Shown one piece after another: positions 1 to 14,520 of a stretch of 64,000 nucleotides of DNA. The position numbers were made by a program, and so were the translations under genes. Source of the DNA: the human T2T-CHM13v2.0 reference genome, Homo sapiens; the NCBI RefSeq assembly GCF_009914755.1, contig NC_060944.1; one strand, given 5' to 3'. Numbering within the stretch: position 1 is the stretch's first letter; each line of letters starts with the position of its first letter. The notes under the pieces were generated by a model. It made no database searches. It was not told the DNA's origin and saw only the letters and a list, made by a program, of their open reading frames with translations.

Positions 1-47
1 TCAGCTGCCCATTGGGTACACAAGCCTGAATCTGGGGTTCTATGACA
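1..47 (+). mobile_element. 3' end of the 5' LTR of a deleted ERV1-class provirus
   Basis: 2-47 aligns ungapped to 2261-2306 (37/46 identical, both end ...TTCTATGACA). It is followed by a PBS-like TGGCGACCATGGAAGAAC at 52-69. Confidence 0.8.
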
Positions 48-1811
<1,764 letters not shown>

Positions 1812-2306
1812 TGTAACAGGGCCCCTTGAGATCTCAGCATCCAAGCATTTTTAGTGACTGAAATAATGAAAATTCTGATCAGGCCCTTGTTTGCTTGAAC
1901 TTGCTTTTTGCCCAATATTCCTTGTTCCCACAACATAATGATAAACTGCTGATGTACTGTTTCTCTGTCAAGCAGTGGGAGTTAACTTCAGGGTCACAAA
2001 AAAAGTATCCAAGAAGAAATAAATGTCTTTAAGGATGTTGTGACAAGCTGCTGACTCCTAGAAGTCTGGTTGTTTCAGGTGTTATCTGAGAGTGAAGAAA
2101 CACAGACTTTTCCCTTGGTTTCCTGAAACTCCCCCTCTCTTACTCTGCAGCCACATAACTCTCTGCTTCTTTTTCTTAAGGTAAATCGGAGAGATCTTGC
2201 CTTGACCAAATTAAATAAACCTTTCTCTATTTCCAAGCACTTGTGTGTCAGTGTTGGCATCAGCTGTACGTTCGGTACAAGAGCCTGAATTTCGGATTCT
2301 ATGACA
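1812..2306 (+). mobile_element. 3' LTR of the ERV1 provirus
   Basis: Starts with TG after the PPT, has AATAAA at 2214-2219, and ends in CA. The 3' end matches 2-47. Confidence 0.8.
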
Positions 2307-2422
2307 AGATTGGGTGGTTAATGCAGATACAATTGAATTATAGAGACAATGATCACATTTTCTGAATCTCAAGGCCAGATAGTTCTGGTGTTTCATGAGT
2401 AGGAGACAGAGCTTAAAGCCAG

Positions 2423-2570
2423 TGATTTAGGTGTTGAGCAATTCAGGAATTTCTAGGACATTTTGGTAAGACAGAATATCTGATTGGTGTTAGCCATGAT
2501 TTAGGTGTTGAGCAATTCAGGAATTTCTAGGACATTTTGGTAAGACAGAATATCTGATTGGTGTTAGCCA
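2423..2570. repeat. Perfect 74-bp tandem duplication
   Basis: 2423-2496 is identical to 2497-2570. Confidence 0.95.
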
Positions 2571-3681
2571 TGGAGAATGCTCCCTCTTGTGAAATGTTGA
2601 GAAGGGAAGAGAGAGTGAGGGTGGGTGGTATGGAGCCAGGGGCTAGGAATGAGGCAATCTCTCTTTTGTGGAAGTCCTCAGTAGGTTGGTGTGACTGCTG
2701 CTCTCCAACCTGGAAAAAGAAGACAGCGGCCATGGGAGACATTTAGGATTTTGTCTCAGGTTCTTCCCAGAGATGATCCAGGAATCCTGCTTCCCGGTGT
2801 TCTCCACAAAAGGGAGATGTGTTTGTTGCCTTGCCAGCATAACTTGGTGTTTTAAAATTTTTCTGATACAACCTTTAACTGGAAATCAGCCCCATGGGGG
2901 AAATCCTGAGATCCATGACAGAGTGAAGCATAGCCATTATAACCAGGGACTTTGCAAATATACTGACATGAGCTCAATGACCAGCTCTGCCACTTTCCAG
3001 CTGTGTGGCCCTGGAAACATTACTGCTCTGTTTTATCCTTGGTTCCTCATCTACCACTGCTTCCTAAACTTGAGTGTGCCCACAAATCACCTAGGAATCT
3101 TGTTACAAGGCTGGTCATGAGATTCTGCATTTCTAACAAGTTCTCAGGTGACCTGGAAGCTGCCTGTTCCTGGAGCATGCCTTGAGTAGTAATCTGATTT
3201 TTAGGGTTACCCTGAGGTTAATGTGTATTATTTATGAAGAGCTTAGCATGGAGCCTGGCATAATGGTTTGGAGTTATTGTTCCTCGGGCAATGGGAAGCA
3301 GCTGACTTGGACTTTGGGGGAGGACTCTGAATCAGAGTGGTAAGTAAGGGACAGTGCCCACATGAATGCCCCCTCTTCAATTCTGCCCTCCATCCCAGAG
3401 GAAGTCTGGAAAAATTATGGATTGGGGGGTTTACAATGCAATGGAAAAGGCCTTTTGGTGGGACCAAGGATGCCTCTGTTTTGTTCCCAACCTGTGATCT
3501 TAAAGAAGTCCCTCCGCATCTATGGGCCCTCTTGAAATAAATGAAAGAAATGATTCCTGTGTTTTTCTCCTCTCTCTCCAAGTTGTTGTAATTGGTGTTG
3601 CTTAAGGCAAACCAAAAGACTCTAGGACCAGGGCTCTTCACTCCTCTCCCCATGTAGCCCTTGGTAGGAAGATGTGGTTGA

Positions 3682-4025
<344 letters not shown>

Positions 4026-4525
4026 CTACTTTTTTTTTTTTTTTTTTTTAATTAAAAGTGTCCTTAACATCTTCAGTTTCTCCCCAGCTCCCCTTTCTTC
4101 CCTGGTTTCTGTTGTTTCCTTGTTTCTTATTTCACAAGACCAGAAATCCCCTCCTTGTCCAATGTAGGCCCTTCCAATGTTGTACCCGAATTTCCAAATC
4201 CACCCTCTCTGTCCTTCAAAACCTTTATCTCCCAGTGGGTTAAGCAGTAATTCATACTAAGGTGTGAATGGTTGCTCTAAACTTCCCCAGTGTATTTGTA
4301 AGTACGTGTATGTTTTAAAAAGGAGGTCTTGAGATTGTAAACATGATTGCAACATTTATAGAATTTCAGGCACAGAGATGAAGCACTTGTAGGAGCACAT
4401 CAGGGAGAATAAATGTGGGGGTAGAGGAATGAACCTCTTGTTCACACACACACACACACGCAAATGCCTTCTATGGCCCTCAGAGCAATCCCGAATCCAT
4501 GGAGGGCTGTGTTCTTGTTAGAAAA

Positions 4526-4719
4526 TCAGGTGAACTTGCAGAATTTCTCACATTTTTCTTTCCTCGAAAAGTTGTTGCTGTTGCCTCCGCAGCCTCCGTA
4601 AGCAAATAACTCACATTCACCAGTTTCAAAGTTGAAAAACCATCGCGTCATGTAGGTTTGACAAGGGCCCTTTTCCATAGGAAAAGCGCATACATTTGGG
4701 AGGAGATCCTTGATAGTGT
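4526..4719 (-). CDS. SPINT3: SPINT3 exon 2 (Kunitz domain and stop)
   Basis: Acceptor ttcag at 4724-4720, phase 1. Encodes (D)TIKDLLPNVCAFPMEKGPCQTYMTRWFFNFETGECELFAYGGCGGNSNNFSRKEKCEKFCKFT* with six Kunitz Cys. Confidence 0.97.
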
Positions 4720-7407
4720 CTGAAGAGAGAAAGTGGTTGAAGGAGACCAAACCCATCACCTTCTCCTTGTTTGCCTCATATGCCAGGGGCTGTGACAGCC
4801 CTGGGCACAATTGTGAGGCCATCCACAATGGCTGTGCTCTGTACCTCTTTCTACCCAGCTATGGTCTGATCTGTCTACACAGAAGTTGACATTTTCACTT
4901 CTGAGAGTAGCCTGATGTGGTGATAATCATAGGCTTGAGAATATAACTCAAGTGGATTGAGATCCTCGCGCAGCCACTTGCTACTGTGTGATGTTGTATA
5001 AACCTAACTTCTTCATGTCTCCATTTCTTCATTTGTAAAATCAAGGAGTTGAACCACATCATCTCTGAGTTCCCTTCCAGATCTACTTTTATAGGATTTG
5101 ATAATAAAGATCCTCAGGTTTCTACCTCCTGTCTCATAATCAATTCTAGAATCAATATCCTATGAGAGAAGGAGGACAGACTTTGAATCTGAGAGCAAGA
5201 TTGAATCTGAGAGGGTTCAAACTTGTCTCAATTATCTTCTAGCTATGTGATCTTGGACAAATGACTTATCTCCTTGACATTCAATTTCCTTCATTGCAAA
5301 AATGCAGGTGTAATATCCACATTTTTGGTTTATTGCAGGGTTAGAGATTACCAGTGAAAAGCATTGATAAATAGAAAATAAATCAATAAATAGTAGCTGC
5401 TCTTAATCATTCTATTTCTTAACCAATAAGACTCTTGAGAAGAGGGACCTCATTGTACTCATTTCTGCAGCCTTAGTGCCTAACACAGGCCTAGTTCTCA
5501 GTTCTTAGCAAATATTTGTTAATAGAAAACCACCACCACCACCCCACTGAGCCCCTCTGGGGCAGGATTAAAAGTTTCTTTGTACCCTCCTTTTATGTTT
5601 CTGTCACCACGTGGGCAGTTTTACTCTTCGTGGTAGCTAGTAGAATTTCCAACATTATGTGAAGAAACTAAGGCCAGATAAATGAAGTACCTGTCCTAAT
5701 GTCAGGCTAGGAAGCAGTAGGACCAAGAATCAAACCCAGCATGGTTCGACTGCAAAGGCTTGCAGGTTCTCCATCCATCTTGGTTGTTGTAAAATGAGTG
5801 AATGCACAGATGAATGATCACACCTATGGTGGAACTTCAGGCAGCAGCCTAGGGCTTGGAAAGGTTCAGACTCTGTCTTATCCTCCTACCTGCAAGGCTG
5901 ACGCTAAGGGTGCAGGAGAATGGGGAAGAGGCAGAATAGCTTATTCAATCCAGGTGGGAGGTGGAGGGGCATGTTCTTAAGACATCCTAGTCACTGCATC
6001 ATCGGCCCTTAGACCCTTACAGGTGACTCTGTAGGGGCTGGAGTCCCATCTGCTCTTAGTTTTCTCAGTCTTGCTTCTCTGCTCTTCCATTCCATTAAAC
6101 CAAAGGAAAATCACTTGACTTGCTTCTTTTTTATGTAAAGTAGATAATGACACCCTGTGTGTGTGTTTTGAGTGTGACAGAAGCTGTTCTAAGTGCTTTA
6201 CAAGAATCTATTAAGAGCTAAGTTATACTGAGAGCTTGACATACATCAGACTATTTGATTAATAAAGCAGAAAAGATGGTTAATCTTTTTTTATAGAAGA
6301 AGAAACTGATGCTCAGAGAGGCTATAAATGATGTTCCTGAGGCACAGAGTTTGTAAGTAGAGGAGCCTGGACCAGAACCCAGGTGTGTCTGACTCCAGGA
6401 ATGCTCATACTGTAAACCACTACATTCTTCTTACTTATGGCAGACATTTTCAAACTTGAGTATGCGTCAGAATCATCTAGAAGGCTTGTTAGAGAGACCC
6501 ACCTCCACAGTTTCTGATCAGGTGGGACTGGGAACTAGCATGTTTCCAGTTGATACTGCTGCTGCTATTGCTGTCAGACTAGGGGACAAACTCGAGAACC
6601 ACTCATCTATAAGGTTATTGGGAGGTTTAGAGTTCCATTTATGTCTAAGAATCTATCATTAATAGCTCCATGTACATACATGCAGAGAACTATGCTTGCA
6701 CATGCAAGAATGTTCACTGGCACATTGACAGTGATAATCTCCAGAGGGTAAGATTTTGATAATTTTTCACCTTCTTTCTTACCCTTTTGTGTATTCTAAT
6801 ATGCATTTTTATACAGGGCATCCTACTGGCTGCTTAAAAATCTTGGAAACTGCTGCCTACCATCCCCATTTCCAGCAGATTATCTTAGCTATAACTGCAC
6901 TTCATCTCCCCACTTCCATTTGCAGATTCCAAGCTTCCACAGAGAAAGTGGTCCAGGAAGGAGCCTTTTCTGACAAGTGCATCTAACTTGGCTAAGTCCC
7001 TCACTCTCAAATTCTGGCTCTGATCTCCTTTTCCCAACCTCTCCTTGCCTGCCACCAGCCCCACCCCAGACATTGAAGGCCCCTTTTCCTGCTTTACTTA
7101 TTTCATTTTCTATAGCACTTTGATCAGCTATCATTTGTATTAGGTATTGTATGTCTCTCTCCCATTAGCATCTTAATTTCACAAAGGCAGGGTCTCAGGC
7201 TCTTTGCTTTAACCTCAGCACCTAGGACAGTGCCTGGCACATAACTATGTGCCCAACATATGTCTGATGAAGTGAATTGAACTGAATTGACTCTCAATCC
7301 GGTAAGGTAAGAAATGGGCTCTGTTTGTGCTGCATCACCTCCCCCACCACCCTGCCCCCCAGCCTGATTCCCAGTCTATTCTTTGAGATCCCACATTTCA
7401 TACCAAC

Positions 7408-7483
7408 CTCGTGCTAGTTCTGATCGAAGCTCTAGGCAGAGAGTGAGAATCAGGAGAAACGAGAGAGAGGCCTGAAGCTGCAT
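7408..7483 (-). CDS. SPINT3: SPINT3 exon 1 (signal peptide)
   Basis: GCACCATG Kozak context; MQLQASLSFLLILTLCLELRSELAR plus 1 nt, donor GTTGGT. 76+194 = 270 nt = 89 aa + stop. Confidence 0.95.
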
Positions 7484-7614
7484 GGTGCCACTCAGCCAGT
7501 GGCTCAGCCTGGGGTTGCCATTTTAGGGAGAAAAGGGACCAAGGGGAGGAGCCTGGCCCCACATCCAGCTCATTCACCTTTAACTCAGGCTTTTCATGGG
7601 GCTGGGCTGCCTCA

Positions 7615-7629
7615 GGAACAGAGTGTTCA
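7615..7629. promoter_or_regulatory. Candidate androgen/steroid response element upstream of SPINT3
   Basis: GGAACA-gag-TGTTCA, near-consensus RGAACAnnnTGTTCY, about 130 bp 5' of the ATG. Confidence 0.5.
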
Positions 7630-8415
7630 GCCAAAGCACAGCTTCACCTCTCTCCTCCTGGCCTTATCTGATCTGGCCACCCAGGCTACTTTAGTACCAC
7701 TTCAGGGTGGAAACCTTTTTCACAATAATAAAAAGACAGCAGCCATTTTTGAGTACCTTTCCTTTTCCAGGCACCATGCAAAATAGTTTTCACACATTGC
7801 TTCCCTTAAGTCTACACGGGAATCCCACAACACTAACACTCCCATTTTGTAGATGAGAGGAGGTTATGCTACTTTGACCATTGTTACATGGACAGCAAGT
7901 TTCAGAGACAAGACTGAGACCCCGGTCTGTCTGCTTCAGTGCCCTCGTATCACTCATTCATTCAACAAACATTCATCAAGTACCCACACTGCACCAGGCA
8001 AAGTATTAGATGCTGCCTCCATCCCATCTGGGTGCTCCCAGGAAATTATGGCAACAACACACACAAACACATTGGAAGTCAGAAACAGTCACCTACTTGG
8101 AGGAGGAGCAGATTCATTATATTTTAATAGAAATATCAAAAGCACCATGTAGAAGGAGGGCCCAGCTTTGTTTGCTTCAGAGGGTCATGGTCTCTAGAGA
8201 CACACCCCCAGAATCCAGCACATTCCAACTGTCTCCTTTCCTTGACTCTCTAGAGATCCATTTTTTTTGAAAGACAAAGCCAGCATGCTTTAGGGAGATT
8301 TAGTGAGCCTCAGATTTAAAATTTGAGGTTGTGATGGGTCCAGCTATTCTTTTTCAAGAAGCATTCTATCATATATTTATTATTATTTATTTTTAATTGA
8401 GAAATAAAAATTGTA

Positions 8416-8780
8416 TAAAGGCAGTCCCCAATTTACAATGGTTTGACTTACAGTGTTTGACTTTATGATGGTGCAAACACAATGCACAGTCAGTAAAAAC
8501 AGTACTTGGAATACCCATACAACCATTCTGTGTTCACTTTTAGAACAGTATTCAATAAATTACATTAGATATTCAACACTTCATTATAAAAGGGGCTTTG
8601 TGTTAGATGATTTTGCCCAACTGTAGACTAGTATAAGTGTTCTGAGCAAGTTTAAGGTAGGTAAGGCTAAGCTATGATGTTTGGTAGGTTAGGTGTATTA
8701 AATGCATTTCAACTTCTGATATCTTCAACTTAGGCTAGGTTTATTAGGCTATAATCTCATCATAAGTTGAGAAACATTAT
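8416..8780 (-). mobile_element. MER47A (Tigger-derived) inserted in an old L1M fragment (~8380-9240)
   Basis: Matches the reverse complement of the recalled MER47A consensus (TTAGATGATTTTGCCCAACTGTAG..., GGTAGGTTAGGTGTATTAAATGCATTT). Confidence 0.8.
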
Positions 8781-9989
8781 ATATTTATGAGGTACAATAT
8801 GATGTTTTGAAATATATGTGTGTATATATATATATATATAGAGAGAGAAATCTTCTCTCTTAGCAATTTTCAAGTGTACAATATGTTATTAACTACGGTC
8901 ACCATGCTGTGCAATAGGTCTTTACAACTTATTCCTTCTGTCTAACTGAAATTTTGTACCCTTTGACCAGCACCTTCCCAATACTTCCCACCCCCAGCCC
9001 CGGGTATCCACCATTCTACTCTCTGCTTCTGTGACTTCAACTTTTTTAGATTCCACATGTAAGTGAGATCACCTGGTATTTGTCTTTCTGTTCCTGGCTT
9101 ATTTCACGTAACCTGCAGGTTCATCCACGTTGTCACAAATGGTAGGATTTCCTTCTTTTTAAAGGCTGAGTAGTATTCCATTGTGTATACATACCACATT
9201 TTCTTTATCCATCCAGTGACGGACACTTGGGTTGATTTAAGTCCAGCTACTCTTGACCTGGGCAAGTCATTTAACGTCTTCCAGCCTCAGTTTTCTCATC
9301 TATAAATTGGGGTTAATTATGTTGCTTTAGCATACTTCCCAGAATTGGTGCAAGTGTTCAATAAATATTCAAATGCCTCACACATTGTGAATGCACACAC
9401 AGGTATATGTCTTTTGCAAGGGATGCGTGTGTGTGTGTGGCAATGATGCCTTTTTGAAAATGGGGGTGCTAACTGGATCAGCAGCATACTTAGTTGCTAC
9501 AGAAATGTTTTCCCCATCTTTGCACATTAGTTATAGCTCTTCCTTTTCTTTAAATTCCCTAGAACCATGATACTCATTCCTTGGCCATTGCTTTCTCTAA
9601 CTATAGCTTATACAATTGTTGGTCGATCCTCTCATTATCTATTGATCTTTGCTGTTTACCCCACATTTATTTCCTTGAAGGCACTTCTGAAGCCTACATT
9701 GCAACATCTCTTTGGTATAACTTCTTTTGCACTTTGAGGGGTCCACCAGCATTATCCTTGATATCGCCTTTCTTAGCCCTCTTGGGTGATCAAATCTGTT
9801 CATCAGAAAACAAAATAATGATAGAAGGAAGAAATAAATAGACTGTCACTTGTTGTGCAGGCAGAGGAAAGGCGGGGGCGCCTATTGATGATCCTTGGCT
9901 GAGAGCTTCCTGCAGTGTTGCCTCCTCTGGGGCAATGGATCAGGAAGTGAGAAGCTGCCTTTAAACGTACTATTCAGGAAAGCAGGGGA

Positions 9990-10163
9990 GGGAGTGATAC
10001 TGCCCCCAAGGACACTCGGCAATGTCTAGAGACATTTTTGATTGGGGGCATCTACTGGCTTCTAGTGTGTTGAGGCAGAGATATTGCTAAACACCCTATA
10101 CTGCTCAGGACAGCCCTCACATTTGGCATCAAATGTTAATCTTGCCAAGGTTAGGAAACCCTG
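9990..10163. mobile_element. MER20 (hAT-Charlie)
   Basis: GGCAATGTCTAGAGACATTTTTG...TGCTAAACACCCTA...GCCAAGGTTAGGAAACCCTG. Confidence 0.7.
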
Positions 10164-10684
10164 CAGAAGAGCAATAGATACAAACACTTTTTTAAAAAAT
10201 TATAATAATATTTCCAACATTAACAGCATGATAAGGATCCAGTGCAGTGAGGGGCAGTGCCTGATGAGGTGTGTCTGTACTCGTTTGGCCAAACAGGCCT
10301 TGTGGGAAGGTGCAACAGGACCTGGCCCTTGAAAAGCTCATTCTGTACTCAGGTTGCCCTGGGGATCTTTGGTCATGACTCAGTGAATTGGCTCTTTCTC
10401 AGGAGATCTGGGTGGCAGTGTTATTGTAATTCCAGAAAGGGGAGGGCAAGTGTAAGATTTATTAAAAACACGTTAGAGCAGCTAGAAGGCAGCCCTAGCT
10501 AGTTATCTAGCACTTATATTCATTGCAGGAATCTTACTAACCCTATGTCAACCATATGTGTGTGCATGTATGTGAAAAATCATTACATTATTTTTTTAAA
10601 AACTTTAATAAATTCAGGAGCTACATGTGCAGGTTTGTTACATGGACATATTGCACAGTGGTGAAGCCTGGGCCTGAAGAGTGA

Positions 10685-11053
<369 letters not shown>

Positions 11054-11739
11054 CAATTAACTTACTTTTGATTGAGACCCATTAATTTGGCTGGTTTAAG
11101 GAAGGAGGAAGTAAATAAGGGTGGGATTTTGAAAGAATAAAGTTTCACCCTTCAGGTTCTAACCTCCAAATGACCTTTCTCTTTTCTAGAAGGAAGAAGG
11201 GGACTAACATCTTATGAGCACCATATGTCAGGCAATTCATTTAATTCTGGTAAAATATAGTAACGTTGCACCAGTATAGCTCTATTTCCTGCCCCTCCTT
11301 TGTGCTTTTGTTGTCATATATATTACATTTATGTCTATTATAGCATTGTTATAATCAAGAGAAGACCACATACACACACACACACATACACACACATGCC
11401 CTTATATACACATATACACACTTTTATATTTACATACTTACCATTTCTGGTGTTTTTCATTCCTTCCTGTGGATCCAAATTACCATCTGGGCTCATATCC
11501 TTTCAGTCTTAAGGAAAAAGTCTAGTCCACGAGAAGCATCACCTCCTCTCAGTTTTTGTTTATATGGGAAAGTCTTTATTTTGCCTATATTTTCTTTAAT
11601 TCAAATTTTTATTGAGATAATTATAAATTCACGTACAGGTGTAAGAAATAATATGGTTTCCCCTAATGTTAACATTTTGAAATGTTTCCCTAGTTTCCCC
11701 TAATGGGAACATTTTGAAAATGGGATATATATATATATA

Positions 11740-13575
11740 CACACACACATATATATAAATTCTTTTTACTATAAGGAATTGGCTCACATGATTGTGGAGG
11801 ATGATAAGTCTAAGATCTGCAGTCAGAAAGGTGGAGACCCAGGAAAACCAATGGCACAGCACCAGTACAAGTCCATGGGATTAAGAACTGGGAGAGCCAA
11901 TGATGCAAGCTCTAGTCTGAGTCTGAGGACCTGAGAACCAGGAGAGCCAATGGCATAAGTTCCAGTTCAAGTCTGAGTGTGGAGACAACCAGTGTTTCAG
12001 CTTGAAGCCAGGTAGGCAGAAAAAATATATATTTCTTACTCAGACTTTTATTTCATTCAGGCCTGCAACAGACTGGTCAAGGCCCATCCACACTGGGGAG
12101 AGCAATCTGCTTTACTCAGTCTACCAATTCAAATGTCAATGTCATCCAGAAACATCCTTACAGACAAACCCAGAGATAATGTTTAACCAAATATCTGGGC
12201 ACCCCATGGCCCAGTCAAGATGATACATAAAATTAGCCATCTCAAGTCCATTACTTGTCAACCTGGCACCCATACATATCTCCTTAGACTATACTTAATC
12301 TTAAAATAAAGACTATTACAAGGTTATAATCCCACCTAACATGATACAATTATCCTGCAGACAATGGAAATACACCAACCCCTTTCCCAAAGAGAACATA
12401 GTTTTTGAGTGACGTTTACTCCTCTTGCTATCTCATAGCTTAAAATTCTATGATGTAAAATGAACAATACTTAAGTACTATGAAATAAAGTCAATACATC
12501 TTATGTTGCATAATAAGGAAATAGGAAAGGGAAGAAAACAAAGATATTTGCTTAATACACACCCATATTCATAACAAAATAAGGAGGACTACTCATGACA
12601 ATTACAGTTTTTGTTTCTGTAATGGTCACGTGGTCATAGCTGGTATTTATAACTACTTTTCCCCACTACCCATTCTGTATTGCCTTTGCCTTCAGCAAGC
12701 ACCTCATCTGGTCATTGTTCTTTACCTGGGCAAGTGACCCAAACTTTCATTCTTGAAGGGTTTGGGCCATTTGCTAATGGTCCTGCCTGGGTTGGGTTGT
12801 AGTTTTCCATTGGCCTTAATCAAAGGGCATGGTAATATTAAGAGTTGCCCCAAGGAATCTTCCGTATTCCGGACACACTCTTCCTTTACCTGTATTGTGC
12901 AGTACTTCAATTTCCCCCTTGGTAGTCTGGATCAATAACCCCAGCCAACATAGTAATGCCTTTCTTTGCCTATTAATTCAGAGGCAGGAGGAGCCCAAAG
13001 TGGCCAGATGACAGCCTTAACTTTCAGTTCAGTGGAATCATTGTTGGTTCTCTTTGTGAAAGCAGGCCTCCTTTTGGAACTGAGACTTCTAGGGAAGCAT
13101 AGAATAAGATCATGGGAATAGGAAGCAAAAATTTTGCTAGTGGGTCACCAGGGATAATAGTGAGGAATGCCTACTCCCATTTCCACTCTTTTATTCCTGG
13201 GCACATGAATCCTGACTATGGGAGAAAGGGTACCATATATTGGAGGCTGATTCAGAGCATCTACAGCCTGCAGGAAAACCTTGCCCCCCGTCCTGCAAGG
13301 TACTATCAAACCAGCTGCTTCAGGATGCTGGGAAATACAATAAGATCAGTGAATTCCATGAGCACGGGCCTATTGCTGTAATTTTTTTTTTACTGTGACA
13401 TCAGTTCCTTGATAAGAAACAACACTGTGTGAAATACTATGACAGTGGATAAGGCGTTCCATAAGTCTACAGATGGTAGTTCTGGCAGAAGCGTTCCATG
13501 CAGGGAGGGCAGATTAGTGTTCAGAGTAAGTATCTATTCTAGTAAGAACAAAACACTGACCTGTCCCTGATGGAA
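11740..13575 (-). mobile_element. ERVL: MLT2-type LTR plus adjoining internal (pol/dUTPase) sequence
   Basis: MLT2 hallmark GGAATTGGCTCACATGATT...TACTCAGTCTACCAATTCAAATG...AAAATTAGCCATC, continuing into HERVL-int-like sequence. Confidence 0.75.
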
Positions 13576-14019
13576 GTGGTCCTTATCTGTTGTCTTACCT
13601 TCCTCTTTCCCTCCCTCCCCACCCCCTTTCCCATGCCCACACACTGCCCATCAATATTTTTTAAAAGCTCCCCAAATGATTCTAATTTTAGCCCAGGATT
13701 AAGAGTGATTCTCCTCTGACTTTCACATCTAATAATAACCCACTAGAGGAATGTTTGCCTCTCATCCTCCCAATCCTGGGCTTAGTGGGATTGGTGGTCT
13801 TAGTGCTCAAGGGAGGAATGCTTCCACAGGAAAATACTGTTGGGATTTTGCAGAATTAAGAGCAAACACTGCCCCTTGGATATTTTTGGCTCTTCATACC
13901 ACTTAATCAAAAGAGAGAAAGGGGAGGGTGTCACTGCACAAGATGGGTGGTTAATCCTGATAACCAAGGGGAAATTGGGTTGCTGCTATACAGTGGAGGT
14001 AAGGAAGCTTGTCTATATA

Positions 14020-14053
14020 CTAGTTCTCCTGAGAAACAGAGCCAATATAAGAT

Positions 14054-14105
<52 letters not shown>

Positions 14106-14520
14106 TGGCTCATGCAATTATGTAGGCTGGAGGTCAAAAAGTCCCATGATCTGTCATCTGCAAACTGGAGACCCAGGAAAGTTGGAAGTTGGTGGTGTAA
14201 TTTAGTCTGAGTCTGAAGACCTGAGACAAGGGTGTGAATCTTTGTTCAAGGGCAGGAGAAGATGACATGAGATGTCCCAGTTCAAGAAATGAGGCAGAAA
14301 GACGGGACAAATTTTTCTTTCTTCCATCTTTTGCTTTATTCAGGTCTCAGTGGATTGGATGATGCCCATCCACTTTCAGGAGGGCCGTCTACTTTACTGA
14401 GTCCACCAATTCAAATGCTCATCTCATCCGGAAACACCCTCACAGACAAACCCAGACATGATGTTTAATCTGGATATTTTGGGGCCCAGTCAAGTTGATG
14501 CATAAGATTAACCATCACAA
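14020..14520 (-). mobile_element. Second MLT2-type LTR with (TG)n, splitting plus-strand ERVL-int pieces (~13740-14020 and ~14520-15000)
   Basis: Same MLT2 motifs; (TG)n at 14056-14102. Confidence 0.7.

Noticed and set aside
2423-2570. Direct repeats here and at 28224-28298 and 56046-56104 as a CRISPR-like array
   Set aside because: They are head-to-tail tandem copies with no spacers, in eukaryotic DNA with no cas genes.
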